A stretch of DNA of 64,000 nucleotides, taken from contig ADNK01002103.1 in assembly GCA_000320545.1 (NCBI GenBank), positions 20,362 to 84,361 of the forward strand. The letters run 5' to 3'. The stretch is from Bigelowiella natans CCMP2755 (taxonomy: Eukaryota; Protista; Cercozoa). The position numbers and the translations under genes are program-made. Positions 51,114-64,000 of the stretch are shown here, piece after piece. Position 1 is the stretch's first letter, and each line of letters begins with the position of its first letter. The notes under the pieces are model-generated. The model had not been told where the DNA came from and searched no databases. It saw only the letters and a program-made list of their open reading frames with translations.

Positions 51114-51365
51114 TCGTAGATATATCGGCGTTAGTTTGGTGTGCACTGCGGCATATTATGTACACTAGTAGTGCTGCCTGGGGAGCACTCACATTCGTCA
51201 CATTGCAGCGATGCGTGGCCTTTCCATCGATGTAGAAGCGCCCGTCGGCAGTGGAACGGCTGCGGTAGGTTAATAATAGACGGACCGAGGATGGGGTCAG
51301 TATTAGTAGTAGAAAAGTCACTGCTGCCACAGTAGTAGTGTCGAGTTGGGAATGATTCACCGTGA

Positions 51366-51404
<39 letters not shown>

Positions 51405-51952
51405 TGGTAGTGGTAATAGCCCTTATCATCTCTAGTTTTTATGGTTTTAAGTGATATAAGCGACAAGAAGAAGAAGAATAAGAAGAAAAGGAACTCATCC
51501 CGGCCAAGCAACCAACCCCTCCCCTACCTGCTCTCGATCTTGACGAAACAGCCCACACCCTCATCAGGGCCCGTCATGATAACGAACCTTGGACAACGGG
51601 GGGGGGGGGTGAGGGGACAACAACCAAAAGAAGAGGAGTCACAATATGAATATAAGGTGGAATATGCTTCTATCCATTTATCTTTCTCTCTCTTCCTCTT
51701 CTCTGCTCGATCCCCCCCCCCCCTCCTCACCCTTCCAACTGGATACTATCGAATACCTTCTATCTCCACCTGTGAGAGCTCGCATGACTAGTCGTCGGTA
51801 CCGAACCTACCGGATTGACAATGACGATCAACGCACACGCATAGGGAGGGGGTAAAGCTTGCATGCAAGGGTGGATGAGTGAGTGAGAGTTAACAGCACA
51901 GCACAGCGGGACTATCTTCGAGAACGAACGAAATGATGATGATGCAGGAGCC

Positions 51953-51995
<43 letters not shown>

Positions 51996-53160
51996 GGACA
52001 CAGATACACGGCTGCGGTGCAGCCATAATTGATTCGCCGCATACAACACGTATCTCGTGATTAAGGAAGGAGGAGGGGGCATGTGAGTAAGCTCAGGCCC
52101 GCAAGCGAAACCTCGAACAGGTGCAGTCTTATCCGCTGCCCCGGGAAACTAAAGGATAATGACCAATGAACGATGACAACGGATAGCATGCACAGATATG
52201 TGTCGAGACAATGATGATGGTGGTAGATAACGCTGGACATACGATTACGATCGGTGAGAAGAGAGTAACTATCAACCTTAAGAAGTGAGCAAAGAATATC
52301 CCGTACTTTGTCTTTTTCTCCGCCTTCCGCACGGTTGTCTCCTCTTCCCTCAACCTGATCACAAATATTGTCGTGATTTTCTCTCGATGTCTCAGCCCAG
52401 AGTCGCTCTTAGATGAGGACATCGTTGATAGTGCTTTATTCTGTTTTTTCAAGATCATATTTCCAAGGAGTAGGGTAATAAGTAGCTGTGCTGTCCGGAT
52501 ATATCATTACTTGTATTCACGAGGAGCGTATTTGGAGACTAGATGTACGATAAGAGAGTTGACTGGGTGACACTGTTATAAAATTATATTTTGGATTAAC
52601 GCAAAACGACGTTTGCAGCTCCAGCACGGGCACAGAAATCTACTGCACCCATCAAATTGAACCAACAAAAAACATATCTAGCTCTTAGATGTGGGTCAGC
52701 ATTCTAGTCAACTAGCAGCACCTTCGGGTCCATTTTACACAAAGGATGGCGGCATAGCGGGCAGTTTGGCTTCTCTCGGACCGCACGCGACAAGCACGCC
52801 CTGAGCCGAAATCAAAAGTGAAGGACGCAGAGCGGACATAGGAGGTGGAAAATGATTTGATATATAGGTCTAGAGATGATTCGAGGATAGAGAATGGAAG
52901 ACAGGAGCAACAGACAAGAAAGAAGAAGGAAGATACTTAGGAGAGTGCCCGTCGACGCTCCATTATTAGTCGCTCAACTACCTGCAAAATGTGTGGCCGC
53001 ACTCTGGGGTCGTCACGGGGTCGAAGAGAGACTTCAAACACAGCGCGCACTCGAGCTCTCGAAAGGGGATATGCAGCAGCTTCTCCTTGGATTCGTCCTC
53101 GTCTTCAGCTGCCGCTCGCGACGCATCCGCCGACGGGGCAACGGGTGGCTCAGGCTCCAT
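49742..53160 (-). CDS. LON peptidase N-terminal domain and RING finger protein (LONRF-like E3 ligase), with a hydrophobic C-terminus
   Basis: LECALCLKSLFDPVTTPECGHTFCR|ACLSRAVREKPNCPLCR (C3HC4 RING); FPGQRIRLHLFE, VGCFVKI, TADGRFYI, PPRDDPAALSWWV (LON substrate-binding). Confidence 0.88.
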
Positions 53161-53513
53161 TAGAGGGATTTTGATCTATGCGACAAGGGCTATATGGTCA
53201 AAATGGATAAGGACACAGGTTATTTTGATTGATTTTATCTGGGAAATTCTATAAGCTAGGAACATCTGAAAGATCGTTCGCTTATTTTTTTTTTCAAATC
53301 CCACTTTGCTGTACAAATCCGGGTAAAAACAGCCTGTGACTTTCCAGGCGACAGCATAAATAGGTCTGTCGCTCGACAGAAATCGTACTTTATGCTGCCG
53401 CCGACGTGCTCGGTTAGATATGCATGTGCCCTCCTCCCTCTGCTCGCTGCTAACTACTCCCGAAGACCCCCTTTCTCGCCTCCTCCCTTGTGAGACTGGG
53501 AGGTCAACCAGTA

Positions 53514-54099
53514 ATGGAATATGACACAGTGGACACCAACGACGCGGACTTGAAAGTTGATAACGTCGACCTGAGCAATGAGTCAAGCGGCAGCCATCAT
53601 CGTTCTGAGCTGCTTATCATCGGAAGCAGCAATGATCATCCTGAGGAGCACCCCCCCCCAGCGGCATTAGTGGAAGCAGCAGCAGCAGTAGCAGCAGGCC
53701 ATGACATCGAGATGGAGAGATTGGTCGGCGATGGACGGGGGGTTGAGGACAGCAAGGGTGGTGAAGCTGCGGAGGAGGAGGAAAGGGAAGGAAAGGGGCT
53801 GGACGATCTGGCAGCAAGGCAGTGGATACTTCGCCAGCCTATAATCTACAAGTTTTGCGCATATGGTAAGCAAAAACTCCTACTTCTGGTCGATGAATTT
53901 TGTTCCGTTCTGTACGTCGTTGCACGCAGTAGATTATGAATCACGTGTGATGATAACATCCTCCTCAGGCTTTTTGAAGAACCTTCAGTTTTTCGAGGCG
54001 TATCTATATGTCATGCTTCTCGCATATGGATATGATCTATCGCACATTGGCTTACTGCAAGGCATTCAAGCATGCACTACTGGTCCCTCTCCATAAGAG

Positions 54100-54134
<35 letters not shown>

Positions 54135-56118
54135 CTGTGTTCCAGTCATGATTATATCAAAACATTGTTCTGCCAGTAATTTAAAAAAAAGATTCATATG
54201 GTGAATCTAAATATGATCCAGGAGGATACTTTGTTGTGAGAAAATGGTTCTGTGCGTTTTCCATTGAATTGCGTATAAATGCTCTCCGAAGTGCTGACTT
54301 CATTGATCATGCTACCCTCTCCAACCAAATGATGACAGTTATGTGCGAGTACCCCTCCGGAGTGATAGCGGATCGATGCGGCAAGAAAATATCTCTTCTC
54401 TCTTCCTTCATCATGTGAGCACAACAACGAGAACACATGCTTCCAACAGCTTTGATAGCCGCCTATGGCTTTCTCTCTACGATTGCGGAGCTGCGATGAA
54501 TGTGTCACACAGAGAGAATATACAGAGATATGCCCTCCTTGTGACTAACATGTCAACATATAAGTAGTATATACTCCTTCCCTCATAGCTTTTCGCACCC
54601 CAAAACTAAGCTGGTGGCTACCACTACCTCGTCAGGTATATGGTCTCTTTCCTGCTCTACAGCTTCGGCTCAGAGTCATTTGCCGTGCTCGCGATCGCTG
54701 CGATGCTGTACGGGATGGGAGAGGCTCTCAGGTAGCATTAATACTCTTAAACTTAAGAAGACTTGTGCAAGCAGAAATTTGAACTGCACAACACTCCCAT
54801 CAGCTTATCGGAAGATTTGTTCATCAGAAATGATGTTACCCGTGCTTATCACCACCTCTCCTCAGGTCTGGCTGCCACAAAGCGATGATCCTTCAGTGGC
54901 TGGAGAGACATGGACACTTGAAGCAAAAGACATTTCTGTACTCACGCACACGATCATTCTCTAATCTCGGCTCTGCAATCAATGCTGTGACAGCGGTGAG
55001 GAGTTAAAATAAGTTCTATGCTCGAGTCGCTACGAGCCATAACCGCGCGTGCACACGCATAAAAAATGGTAATTTCCAACTAGGTCTGTCTAGTTGTCTT
55101 TGTGCCCGGATCGTCCGTGGTAAGATAATTAATTCAAGCAAAAATTATAAGTGCTCATCACGTGTGCCGCGCGCGTTTTCCAACTCTTTTTCCAATTCCA
55201 CGTGCTCCCTCCACCACCACCACCACCGCCGCCGCCACAAATTCATCACGAAACAATACAAAGTATTTTCCAAACTTACTTGGTTTTTCTTTCTTACCTA
55301 TGCTGCTATGGTGGTGGTTTTGGTCGAAGATCTTCCTGGGTTCCATCGTTCCTATGATGCTGGACTTCATCTTGGTAGCCACGTACCCTTCCTACCTGAA
55401 CGTTTGGTCAGAAACACCAGCGACCATGTGGTATGACTACAACTACTACTACTACTACTACTGCTACTACAAGTCCGATATCGTGCTATTATGTTATGTA
55501 CCATCCTATGTGTGGGGGAACGTCAGATGAATTTGCTGTCTCTTCCCCCTCTCTCACCAAATCGGCATGTCATTACCGAAGTGAAGTCGCAACGGCGCGA
55601 CGACTTGACTTCTGACACATCCTTTTGGTTCTGAATATGAATAAGGAGCCTAGTGAAGGATGAGTTCTCAGCCCTTGTAACGCTTCTGTCGCACCCACAC
55701 AACCGCCGCAAAGTCCTCTCCTCATCCATCTTCCAAGCCTCGCACAAGACGCTCAAAGACTACATCCAACCCATCATGGTCATTCTGGGGGGGGAAATGC
55801 TCAAGCAATGGAGAGTCTCGGGTGAAAATCGAGTCAGAACGTTGACGAAAGTGGTTATAGGCTGCACGTACGCCTTGTTCTACCTCGTGTCGTGTGCAGG
55901 GACTCGTAATTCTTGGCGCATCGCAGGGTTATTTTCCTCCGAGAAGACCGCGATGGACCGCATATTCGACGCCTTTCTCGTCCTTGCGATTGGCATTGGC
56001 GTCTTCGTGTGGACAGAGCTGCCGGTCTTGGTGATTCCTGCGTACTTATTCTTGTACTTTCTTACCAACACGAGGAGGCCGCTGGCGATGTCTCAGGTAG
56101 TGTGTATTTCTGTCAACA

Positions 56119-56162
<44 letters not shown>

Positions 56163-56443
56163 CGCAGAATATGAGTGCATATTTGAAATTACAGAGTACA
56201 TGTAGATCTAGCCTTGGAATTATCCTTCAGGTATCCGAGCTGATGGGCAAAAAAAGAAGGGCAACAGTGCTCTCGGTTGAGAGCCTTCTCAACAGTATCG
56301 CATTCTTCATCCTAGCGCCGGCCTGTGGATTCATCGCGCATCATTTCGGCATTTCAGTTCTTTTTCTAGCATTCGGAGTTTCGGGATTGCTATTGAACTT
56401 CCTTTATCTCTCAGGAGACCCAGTCCCTGATGAATTAACGTGA
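53514..56443 (+). CDS. Major facilitator superfamily transporter, bacterial-like subfamily
   Basis: IYKFCAYGFLKNLQFFEAYL; EYPSGVIADRCGKK (motif A); YGMGEALRSGCHKAMI; RATVLSVESLLNS. Confidence 0.88.
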
Positions 56444-56449
56444 CGAAAA

Positions 56450-57420
56450 ACATGCTGCATAGCAGCAATTATTGCTCCATTTATGCAGAGTGTACCTATC
56501 AATCATCGCTCATTGCGCCAAGTGAAATGGAGTCATATAGTCCAGTAAATTATGTCAATGAGAAACAGCACACACTCTGAAAATTACAAGCCCACCATGC
56601 ACGTTGCATACTAGTAGGATCAGCAGGTGCATGTGCGCATGGAGCACTGAGTGTGCATTTGTGAGAGCTAGCTAGCCATGGCTGTAGATGATTTCTGCAT
56701 GCACGTACAGCTCATACGCTGGCTTGCTGATCGATGTCACCTGCATGAGAAGTTACTATCAGGTGAATGCTTCCATTACATTTGGAAACATTTGGACTAA
56801 CATGTGCAGTTACATGATTTCAATGATTTCACACATGTGAAAATAAATAAAGGTGTTAGCCATCGCGGGCGCAACACCAATAATGCTAAATTCGCAAGCA
56901 CGTGAAGCACGAGACCGCAGAAACAAACACAACATTAGTGTTGTAGCCGCCACTTTGATTTTGCAGAGCAACATGGGATGACCATTCAAAATCTGTATCA
57001 ATTTTATGGCATCCGTCTCGTAAGTTAGCGATGTAGCGCGTGCAATTTGGGCAGATTTACCACGACATATTAAACGTGAAATACGAAACGAAGTATATGT
57101 AATCCAACACACATGCCAAGATCACTTGCTCTTGTAACTCAAGGTTAACATGGCTAACAGCGCCCGTTGTCGTACACACGGAGTTGTTTGCATTAGCAGT
57201 ATCAGTGTTCATCAAGGTGAGCGTGGCCATAACCGCAGAAAAACTTCTCCTTCACCAGAGCTTTGTCCGGAACAAACGGATTCTGACGATAAGTGCCAAA
57301 TCATAGAGATTCTCATACGGAGAAGACTACACCTTAGTTTCTATGGTATTACTACATGTTGTTCGGTTAATGCACAGCCAAAAACACACACACACGTACA
57401 TGCACGCACATAAATGTATT
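56450..57420 (+). repeat. Convergent-junction tract 8
   Basis: Same compositional signature, between the MFS stop (56443) and the sulfotransferase stop (57560). Confidence 0.7.
56937..57020 (+). repeat. Conserved junction element copy 7
   Basis: AGTGTTGTAGCCGCC...GGGATGACCATTCAAAATCTGTATCAATTTTATGGCATCCGTCTCG. Confidence 0.9.
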
Positions 57421-57559
57421 CAAGGTACACATACACATATACTATCAAACAAAATAGCATAGGATACTTCCATCGTAGGTAGCATAGATATGATTTCACT
57501 CTTCCATATCGATGCAGACAAAACCAGGCGACATTAACTTCGTCGTTGCTTGTCGTGTA

Positions 57560-59952
57560 CTATCGAGATAATCCATGAATAAGAACAACTTGGTGACCAC
57601 CGACCTGTTCTAGGCCTAGCTCAATGGCCCACTTGGTACAGATCCACTTGCTGTGCTGCTTCAGTTCGCCCCCCCCCTTCGCCGTAAGGGATTTCTTGAT
57701 ATCGAGCTTCGCTGCCTTGAGAAGACAACAAGCATAGTTAGAAGCTAGAATACCGAAATTAACCATGCTAATCCACACGTATTTGTAATCTGATATAATA
57801 TATGGGCCGAGAAGGAATAGGAAGAGATGTGGAGTGAACCTCAACTCGGGCTTGGAACATCTCCTTGGCGAAGGTCATCTGATTAGGCGAGAATTAACGT
57901 GCCATGCAACGACAAGAAATATGCTTCCTTTCATTCTAATATATTTTATTATTTCGCTTTATGATGGTGGAGGGAGGACGTCGCTCATATTTGGGTGATT
58001 TGTTGCAGCTAGATACATATATTCGGTGTGTACGTATCGTTCATAGTAATCTATTCTTGGTGCTCTCTTCACACACCACTCTGTTTTCTAACGTGCTCTC
58101 TTTCCGCGTGACGTTGATGGCCTGAGCATCCCATCCTTCGTCTCTCCGCTTGTCCGGCTTCACGCGATAAGAAGTGAAGAGCTCGGTGCGGCGCTTGAAC
58201 TTGTAGCCGAAGAGGCAAAGCGAATCCTCCATCTGCTCGCTCACCCCAATGTACTCAAGAGAACAGAGTTCCCGTTTTGCTCCTGATGATAGATAGATAA
58301 ATAGACGACGTTGCAGAAATAAAGAACAAGCGCTCGTGCACAATTGCCAGGAATGATCTTCAGTCCTCTCCCCCCCGTCCTCTCCCCTCCTCTTTCTCGT
58401 CGAACCGCATACTTGATCCACATATCGCCTTTTTAGGCGCGGAGAGGAAGACGACGCCTAGTACCTTCGAGAGTGGCATTGGCCGCGTTAAGAAGCGTGT
58501 GCTCGAGCTGAAAGTTGCTGGGATACGTGCTACTCCGAACCCAGTCGATAGGCCTTCTATACTTGGCATGATCAACCTTCTCAAGATAGAGAGACTTCCG
58601 ATGTCCGACCACATCCCGTATCTAATTATTCAGATACGCCATCAAGGTTGCAATCATCGTCGCAACTTTTGATTCTCTCCTTTGCTGTCATCTACGCCTC
58701 CATCACAATTTCATCGCCAGCCGCTATTTCGCAAGGTTGCGATCGAATAAAATTTACTAGCACTGCTACTGCCCCGCCTACACTACAAAAGGAAACCATT
58801 GTGATCGGAGAAATTCCACGATGGCTATCGGAAGACAGCTCGCTGTTTGCAACTTCTCTGAATGGAAAAGATAACAAAAAATGAAGTCAACAACTTGAGC
58901 AGATTCATCAACATGTTGTGGAATGGAAATTGATTTCGAAAAATCACGTGTAATCCTGCAGTTGTCACACCAAGGACATTTTGTAGTCATCGCTCACTGT
59001 CAGAACCTACCTTCTTGTGAGGTGTCCAAATCCGATTTTGGCCGTCTTCAGGCTGCAGTGAATTAACAAGCAAAGTTTGCGTATGAGTACGTGAAATCGA
59101 ACTTGCATGCAGAAATTAGCCACTCTCATCAGCTGCCATTGCACGTGAAACACGGTTCATCTGTGAGTAATGACTACGTTTTGTGTTTGAAACTTTACGA
59201 ACGAAAGACTACTTTCGGGCCTCTGTGATGTTGATGCTCTGGGAGAGGCATGAAGTGCTAAGGATTTCATTCGCAGCATAGCTGACTAGCAACGCCATCG
59301 AGAACGTTGTGCCTCCGGTTTTCTGCACGTGCACAAACACAGGGATAGGCGAATTCGCTGTGACTTTCCTTGGATGTGCAGCCTCCAGGCACCTAGGCAG
59401 AAATTAACAAGAATTTCCTTCATCAAAGTCAGAAACATGGCATCAAGAAGCGACAACGAAGTCGCACTTCCACTCACATTGAGGGATTTAGTGTGTGGGG
59501 TTTTGATGATGTCCATCCGACTACAGCGAAAGCTGAAGGAGGCAAGCCCACCGCCAAAGCAACCACTGCCAGGATCATGCTTTTGGGGAGTTTTGGGGGG
59601 ACGGCTGTGACATGTTCCAACGTGTGAGGATTTTCCAGGATTTCCCTACGATTTCAGCAGGCGGAAAGGCAAAATCTTTGTCGCAATATGTTAACGCCCT
59701 CGTTCAACTGACGGAAAAACCTTGCGGAATACCAATTCCCTTTTCTTCTTCCTACTTGACCGGTACGCTTGTCGAGGAGTATGCGACACACCAGAATTCC
59801 CAAATTTGCTCCGAAAGGTGACCCAATTTTAAAGAGAAATTCGGAATACTTTTTGGGATAGCGACAAGGTATTTTATGGGAAATAACAGAATTCTTTGCC
59901 CTCGATTGCAGACTGGCTCGTCCCGGCGATCCGCGCCCCAGCAGCCACGCAT
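57560..59952 (-). CDS. Golgi-type carbohydrate sulfotransferase (HS6ST/Sulfotransfer_2-like)
   Basis: 5'-PSB motif PVFVHVQKTGGTTFSMALL (59287-59340); 3'-PB-like ITM|IRDVVGHRKSLY; LEYIGVSEQMEDSLCLF; TFAKEMFQARVE. Start is tentative. Confidence 0.75.
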
Positions 59953-60571
59953 ATCTGCCTCGAAGTTCTGAATATGGAAAACATGCCCAAGCTCACGGGA
60001 ATGGGCCGTCGGGTTGTCGGATCGATGATGGTATAACAAGATGGGGGTGTGAGGAGGCGAAGCGGAGAGTATGGTTGGCGTTAGAATGGAAATATCAGTC
60101 TGGTGCTCCATGTCTGTCCCGCGTTTTGAACAGATTGCTCTCCCCCCCTTTAGATGCTACCGGTTCTGTGGTATGTCGGATATTTCGACTGGTATAAACG
60201 TTACTTTTTGAGTGCCTTCTCACTTAATGAGCAAGTCCATTGTGCGTGCGTGCGTGTGGTGTGTGTCCATGTGTTAATGATGTAATTTGAATGGTCGAAT
60301 GTGTGTGGTTGAATTCATCCTGACTCTGATGTTTTGATGTACAACATAAATCTTCACAGGTGGTTTCTGGCGCGGGCACAGCAAATGCTGGTGACTATCA
60401 CCTGCCTCATTACCCTCGCGGTAAGTGAACAAGAGATGAATTTTCAATGAAAGGAATGCTAAAAGTAACGACGTGGATTTCGTGATCATCCGTTGTATTC
60501 GCATTCACGCTATCGTCAAACCACCCACCTCCACGTAGGTATATCTCTCCCCCAAATGGCCAGATCCTGAT

Positions 60572-61015
60572 ATGGATCCTGTCTCCGCCGTCATAATGAA
60601 TAAGCAGGTGAGGTTGTGGATGTCATGGCAGATGCTGAGTTTATTTGTGTGGTATGCCGAACATGTTTCTCTTCTGAATCAAGAATTAACCAAAAACAAG
60701 GAATATGTTGATTGCGCGTGTCTCCTTGCTATCGTCGCTATCGTTGTTTGTTGCCGTCGCAATTTCCATCCCATTCACAACTTTCACCAAGAACTATCAT
60801 TATCATCCTCATCATCATAATCTGGTCCGATCTCCATCGTTATCTCGCCTGCAATTGCTTACTGCTACTACCACTACTACTACTACTACTACTAAAACGA
60901 TACGAGCAGGATTTGCTACCCCCAGGATCCGTGACGCATCTCACCCTAGTGTTCTACTTCGATGACTGTCCAGACTTTGCAAAAGTCAAGGAAGACGCCA
61001 AAGCGGTGAGAGGGA

Positions 61016-61066
<51 letters not shown>

Positions 61067-62798
61067 GTGGTCAGGAGACGGTATTACGGGCCAGGGAGCA
61101 AAGTACGAGAACGTGACAAGTACAACAATATATACTAGCGATTGAATCAGGAGGAAAGAAGATGAAAATGACACATATACCGGTTCATATGCCGCCCTGC
61201 ATACATATCCATGCATCGCTGGTCTCTACGTATCTCTATCTCTTTCTCGCTCGATCATCATTGCTCTCTATATATCTCAATCTCTTTCTCGCTCGATCAT
61301 AATCCTACCATCATCCAGCTGCTGGAGTACAAACGTTTCTGCTCCGTACCTGTTCCTTGTCGGGAAGCAGTCTTTGAGTCGTCGTGGAGGGAGGTGGAGG
61401 TAGGAATAGTAGAATTATAATAAATATGAGAGGACGAAGACTGAGAAGTGGGATGTGTTTGGGGCAAGAGAAAGAAGAAGAAAGAGGAGGAGGAGGAGGA
61501 GGAGGAGAAGTTGGGTTGTTATGAGATACAGAGGGGAGACACGAAGGATAGCTTCCCAGAAAAAAGAAGGCACGCACAGAGAGCAGCTGGGGCCTTTCTA
61601 CTCATTCTTCCTTTTCCTGTTTCCTAACGTGCATTCTGTTTGTCAACGCTCTACCATCACCACCACCATCACCATTGCCGTCATCATCATTCCAACATCC
61701 GCGCAATCAGGTGAAATATGACGAGCACTTCGGAGAGGTGAAGGTGAATAGCGACGAGGAATTCGAGGCACAGCTGGACCGATTCGCACTCAAGCCTTTC
61801 ACGTAGATACCATACCACCCAAAAACAAACAACAAAATCGAAGAAGAAGAAGAAGAAGAAGACGACGACGACGAAGACGGAGGAATTAATAATGTCAATG
61901 ACGATGATGAATAACGAATGTGGGGGGGGGGGGCGTTAAAATATGTCCCCAGATGGTGTCTTCGCGTGTAGCTACATAATTCACACGCACCTCTTGTCAT
62001 AATACGGCAAACGGTTATGAAAGGGGATGATGATGATGATGATGATGATACCTACCACACGTTTCTGTTGTTCCTCCTTCCATATCTTACCTTCTTCTTC
62101 TTCTTCTTCTTCTTCTTCTTCTTCTTCACCTTCTTCTCAAGGCAAGGAAAAGATATGCCTATGTGGCGGATGGATGTCCTTCGAAACTCTGCTGAGAAGG
62201 GGCGATCAGCCGTGGTGTGGCGTCTGTCCCACGCCATTGGCGATGGAATTGGCCTTCTTCCCGTTGGATTTAAGTACTACAAATGAAAGAGGAGGAGGTG
62301 GTGGAGGAGGAGGAGGAAGAGGAAGGGGAAGGGGAGGAAATGGAAGAAGAGAGAAGAAGAGAAGAACGAATCTACAAACCTTTCTTTAGTCCTATATGTC
62401 GTAGAGTCACCCTATTTTGTTCTTACTTTCCTCTCATCACGGTGCATTCTGATGTTCGATGTCATCCTTTTGCTGCTCCATTCTCTCCATCGTCGTCGTC
62501 GTCGTTGTTGTTGTTGTTGCTGTTGTTGCCGCAGATTTGCGAGAACGGTGGACGGAAAGCCAGCTGAGCCAAAGAGTTTTCGACCGAAGCGAAGGAGAAG
62601 CGGCTCATCAAAGGCAAGAAACGAGAAGGAGCTACGATATTGATAATGATTTAGCGAGAGACGAAAAAGCGATCACGATGTAGCTCATGCGTCCATCCTT
62701 ACCTCCACCCCCTTCCTAATCCTCCTTCGTTGCTTGCTCTATCATCATATACTAAAGGACGGGGGGTTCGGCAAGATGCTAAATTCACTCATTAAGGT

Positions 62799-62835
<37 letters not shown>

Positions 62836-63447
62836 CCGCCACCACCATCTTCCTGCAGAGCGGTGGATCATGTACATGTTGGTGGCGGGGACTATTAGCG
62901 TACAAGATCGCCCTTATAAATTTCCCTTTCTTGCCAAATGGCGCAACGAGGATGATGACGATGATGGCGAGGATGATGTCAATGAATGGTGTACATTAAC
63001 ACGGGTGCTGACACGTATTGATGGATTGCAGGACCTCAAGACCGTGGCTAACTTGGCGAACGGCCCCTTCGATAACTGCAGCTCTGTTAATATGTATTAC
63101 ATATAAATATGATATACATATGCATAATGAATATGCTGCTACAACTGCTAGCTTGAAGCAGCAACTTGTTAATATGCATGCACATATGAATACAAACATA
63201 CCAGTGGCACGACTTAAAATATGTTCTATGTTTTCCCCCCCCCCCCCCCCCCCACCCTCCCTCTCGTCCCCGACATCGTCTAGAAATCATCAAAAGCCCA
63301 CACTCGAACACAACGGGAAGAGAATGCGACTCGACTTCGACTTTCAATTGGTATATTGATTAAGTGCTAGTAGCATTGTGTTGTCACCTTTCTCTGCCAC
63401 CCATTGCTTCTATAAGCACTAGGCCTGATCTGCTATTATCTTCTGTA

Positions 63448-63493
<46 letters not shown>

Positions 63494-64000
63494 ACTTATT
63501 CCTATGTAAGGACGATATCAGAAGCATTAAGCGCTCGACTGGATACACCATCAACGATATCGTTGTCGCGCTTTTCGCTGGGGCGGTGGTGAGGAGAAAT
63601 GATGATGGTGGTGGGGGGGGGTGATGATAATGGTGGTGGTGACATGCCCGAGTACAGCAGCGGGGGGGGGGGTTATATGTTATTGCGATTTAGTTCTTAA
63701 AATGTCATTGAAAATCCCCCTAAAGTAAAGTAAAAATCATTCATTTGCTCGCCTTCTGGTGCTGTGTTCTTAATCTTGATGAAATGTGCTATCTCTCGCT
63801 CCATTTCCCTCTCCCCCCTCCGCCCACCTCCACTCGTCTCAGAAAAAATACATAGGCTGCATGAAAGACAAGGCGCTTGAGAATCCTATGGGGTGGGATT
63901 TGGAGCGAAAGGGAGGAGAGGGGGGGGGGGGGGGGGATATATGCGGCAAGTGGTTTCTATACGTTCAGATGTCTCTCCGCGCGCGAGGGAACAGCACTAT
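60572..64000 (+). CDS. Wax ester synthase/diacylglycerol acyltransferase (WS/DGAT, WSD1-like), 3' end beyond the window
   Basis: LLEYKRFCSVP; MPMWRMDVL..SAVVWRLSHAIGDGIGL (HHxxxDG variant); DDIRSIKRSTGYTINDIVVALFAGAV. Confidence 0.88.

Noticed and set aside
3051-57020. Conserved element as CRISPR repeats, tRNA/snRNA genes or point centromeres
   Set aside because: Copies are kilobases apart, in both orientations and without spacers; no cloverleaf or A/B boxes; too frequent for point centromeres.
59323-59371. Apparent non-canonical intron joining LHIQ to KTGGTTF
   Set aside because: The unspliced frame already reads VFVHVQKTGGTTF; no unusual splicing is needed.
33344-59845. CCGAAATT/AAATTCGG as a bidirectional promoter motif (33344, 33415, 43778, 59837)
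   Set aside because: Short, and also present inside genes (~46784, ~57752); not supportable without statistics.
1-64000. Numerous ORF-track entries with poly-CV, YI, LS, RE, S, H or L runs
   Set aside because: Translations of intronic microsatellites or antisense frames of real exons.

Overview
Eukaryotic, intron-rich protist-like nuclear DNA with microsatellite-laden GT-AG introns; the taxon cannot be fixed from sequence alone. Manual splicing gives about 18 genes. Recognisable ones: a secreted/membrane-anchored His1 LPMO-like protein with three Cys-rich modules, an intronless SAM-methyltransferase/linker-histone(H15)-like fusion, UBL-UBA, TOG/CLASP-like, DH-PH RhoGEF, split RGS, minimal SS18/GIF (SSXT), LONRF, bacterial-type MFS, sulfotransferase and WS/DGAT. 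The main observation is architectural. Genes alternate in head-to-head pairs, and each of the 8 tail-to-tail (convergent) junctions holds a 0.6-2.2 kb tract of odd TGCA/CATG/CTAG-rich DNA. Seven tracts carry exactly one copy of a conserved ~45-90 bp element (AGCGCTGTAGCCRC-hairpin...GGATGACCATTGAA-[AT spacer]-TACATCCGTCTYA) and the eighth has a remnant. The element was not seen in divergent or tandem intergenic regions. Faint APE-endonuclease and CCHC traces plus a 17-bp flanking direct repeat suggest a non-LTR retroelement origin, with possible exaptation as a convergent-junction boundary/termination element. Exon boundaries and family calls are by eye, without database searches.
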